Shown here: positions 16,435 to 16,664 of the stretch, piece by piece
How the letters are laid out: each line of letters starts with the position of its first letter
Position numbering within the stretch: position 1 is the stretch's first letter
Assembly: GCA_040752695.1 (NCBI GenBank)
Contig: JBFMGO010000125.1
Coordinates: forward strand, 1 to 16,664
Origin: a bacterium
GTDB taxonomy: Bacteria > SZUA-182 > DTGQ01
Length of the DNA: 16,664 nt
Direction: 5' to 3'
Translations under genes and position numbers: made by a program
Notes under the pieces: generated by a model
Seen by the model: only the letters and a program-made list of their open reading frames with translations
The model's database searches: none
What the model was told of the DNA's origin: nothing

Positions 16435-16662
16435 TTAAATGCCATTCGATGTAAAGTAGAAATCACGTTCTCCAGATCGTTTAGTTCTCTCGTTGTTATT
16501 ATTATTATTATTATTATCGTGGTCGCTGTTATTGTTGTTATTGTTGTTGTTATTTCCAGATAGCAGTTCCCGGCTCCTGCACATATACTCATCTTCGATA
16601 TGACTCGTATCGTAACTCTCCGTGTAAGTGGAATGGTGGGAAGCGACATTCCGTGGGGAAGT
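16435..16662 (-). CDS. Probable 3' end of an unknown gene with a poly-Asn tract (start outside the window)
   Basis: Frame is open from the window edge to TAA at 16437-16435: ...ELLSG-N9-SDHD-N8-ERTKRSGERDFYFTSNGI. The AAT/AAC variation is synonymous in this frame. Confidence 0.35.
   Translation of the reverse strand, partial: TSPRNVASHHSTYTESYDTSHIEDEYMCRSRELLSGNNNNNNNNNSDHDNNNNNNNNERTKRSGERDFYFTSNGI
16492..16554. repeat. Compound (GTT/ATT)n trinucleotide microsatellite
   Basis: 8 RTT triplets, a 12-bp interruption, then 9 RTT triplets. Confidence 0.92.
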
Positions 16663-16664
16663 TA

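Noticed and set aside
16386..16649. 87-aa ORF with poly-Thr/Ile as the true gene
   Set aside because: In this frame the microsatellite variation is non-synonymous (ACA/ATA); the poly-Asn frame explains it better. Not fully excluded.

Overview
Bacterial chromosomal window of moderate GC, with AT-rich intergenic stretches. Left to right it holds: the 3' part of an Rpn/YhgA-like PD-(D/E)XK protein with a very strong in-frame internal start (candidate nested antitoxin); a double-length UvrA (1902 aa, four ABC ATPase domains) carrying several in-frame tandem-repeat insertions; an AAA-type ATPase/PD-(D/E)XK nuclease fusion; a CPA2 (KefB/C-like) antiporter; a secreted beta-propeller lipoprotein; a YbgA-like DUF523+DUF1722 protein; and a decayed SOS cassette. 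In that cassette lexA is intact, with a CTGT-N8-ACAG operator filling the spacer of a near-consensus promoter, and is followed by an ImuB/DinB-like gene with a large internal deletion. The right end has a candidate 34-aa small ORF and a probable poly-Asn gene tail. Short tandem duplications are unusually dense across the window. All family calls come from motif recognition, not database searches. I see no unambiguous new multi-gene system; the best leads are ranked in findings.
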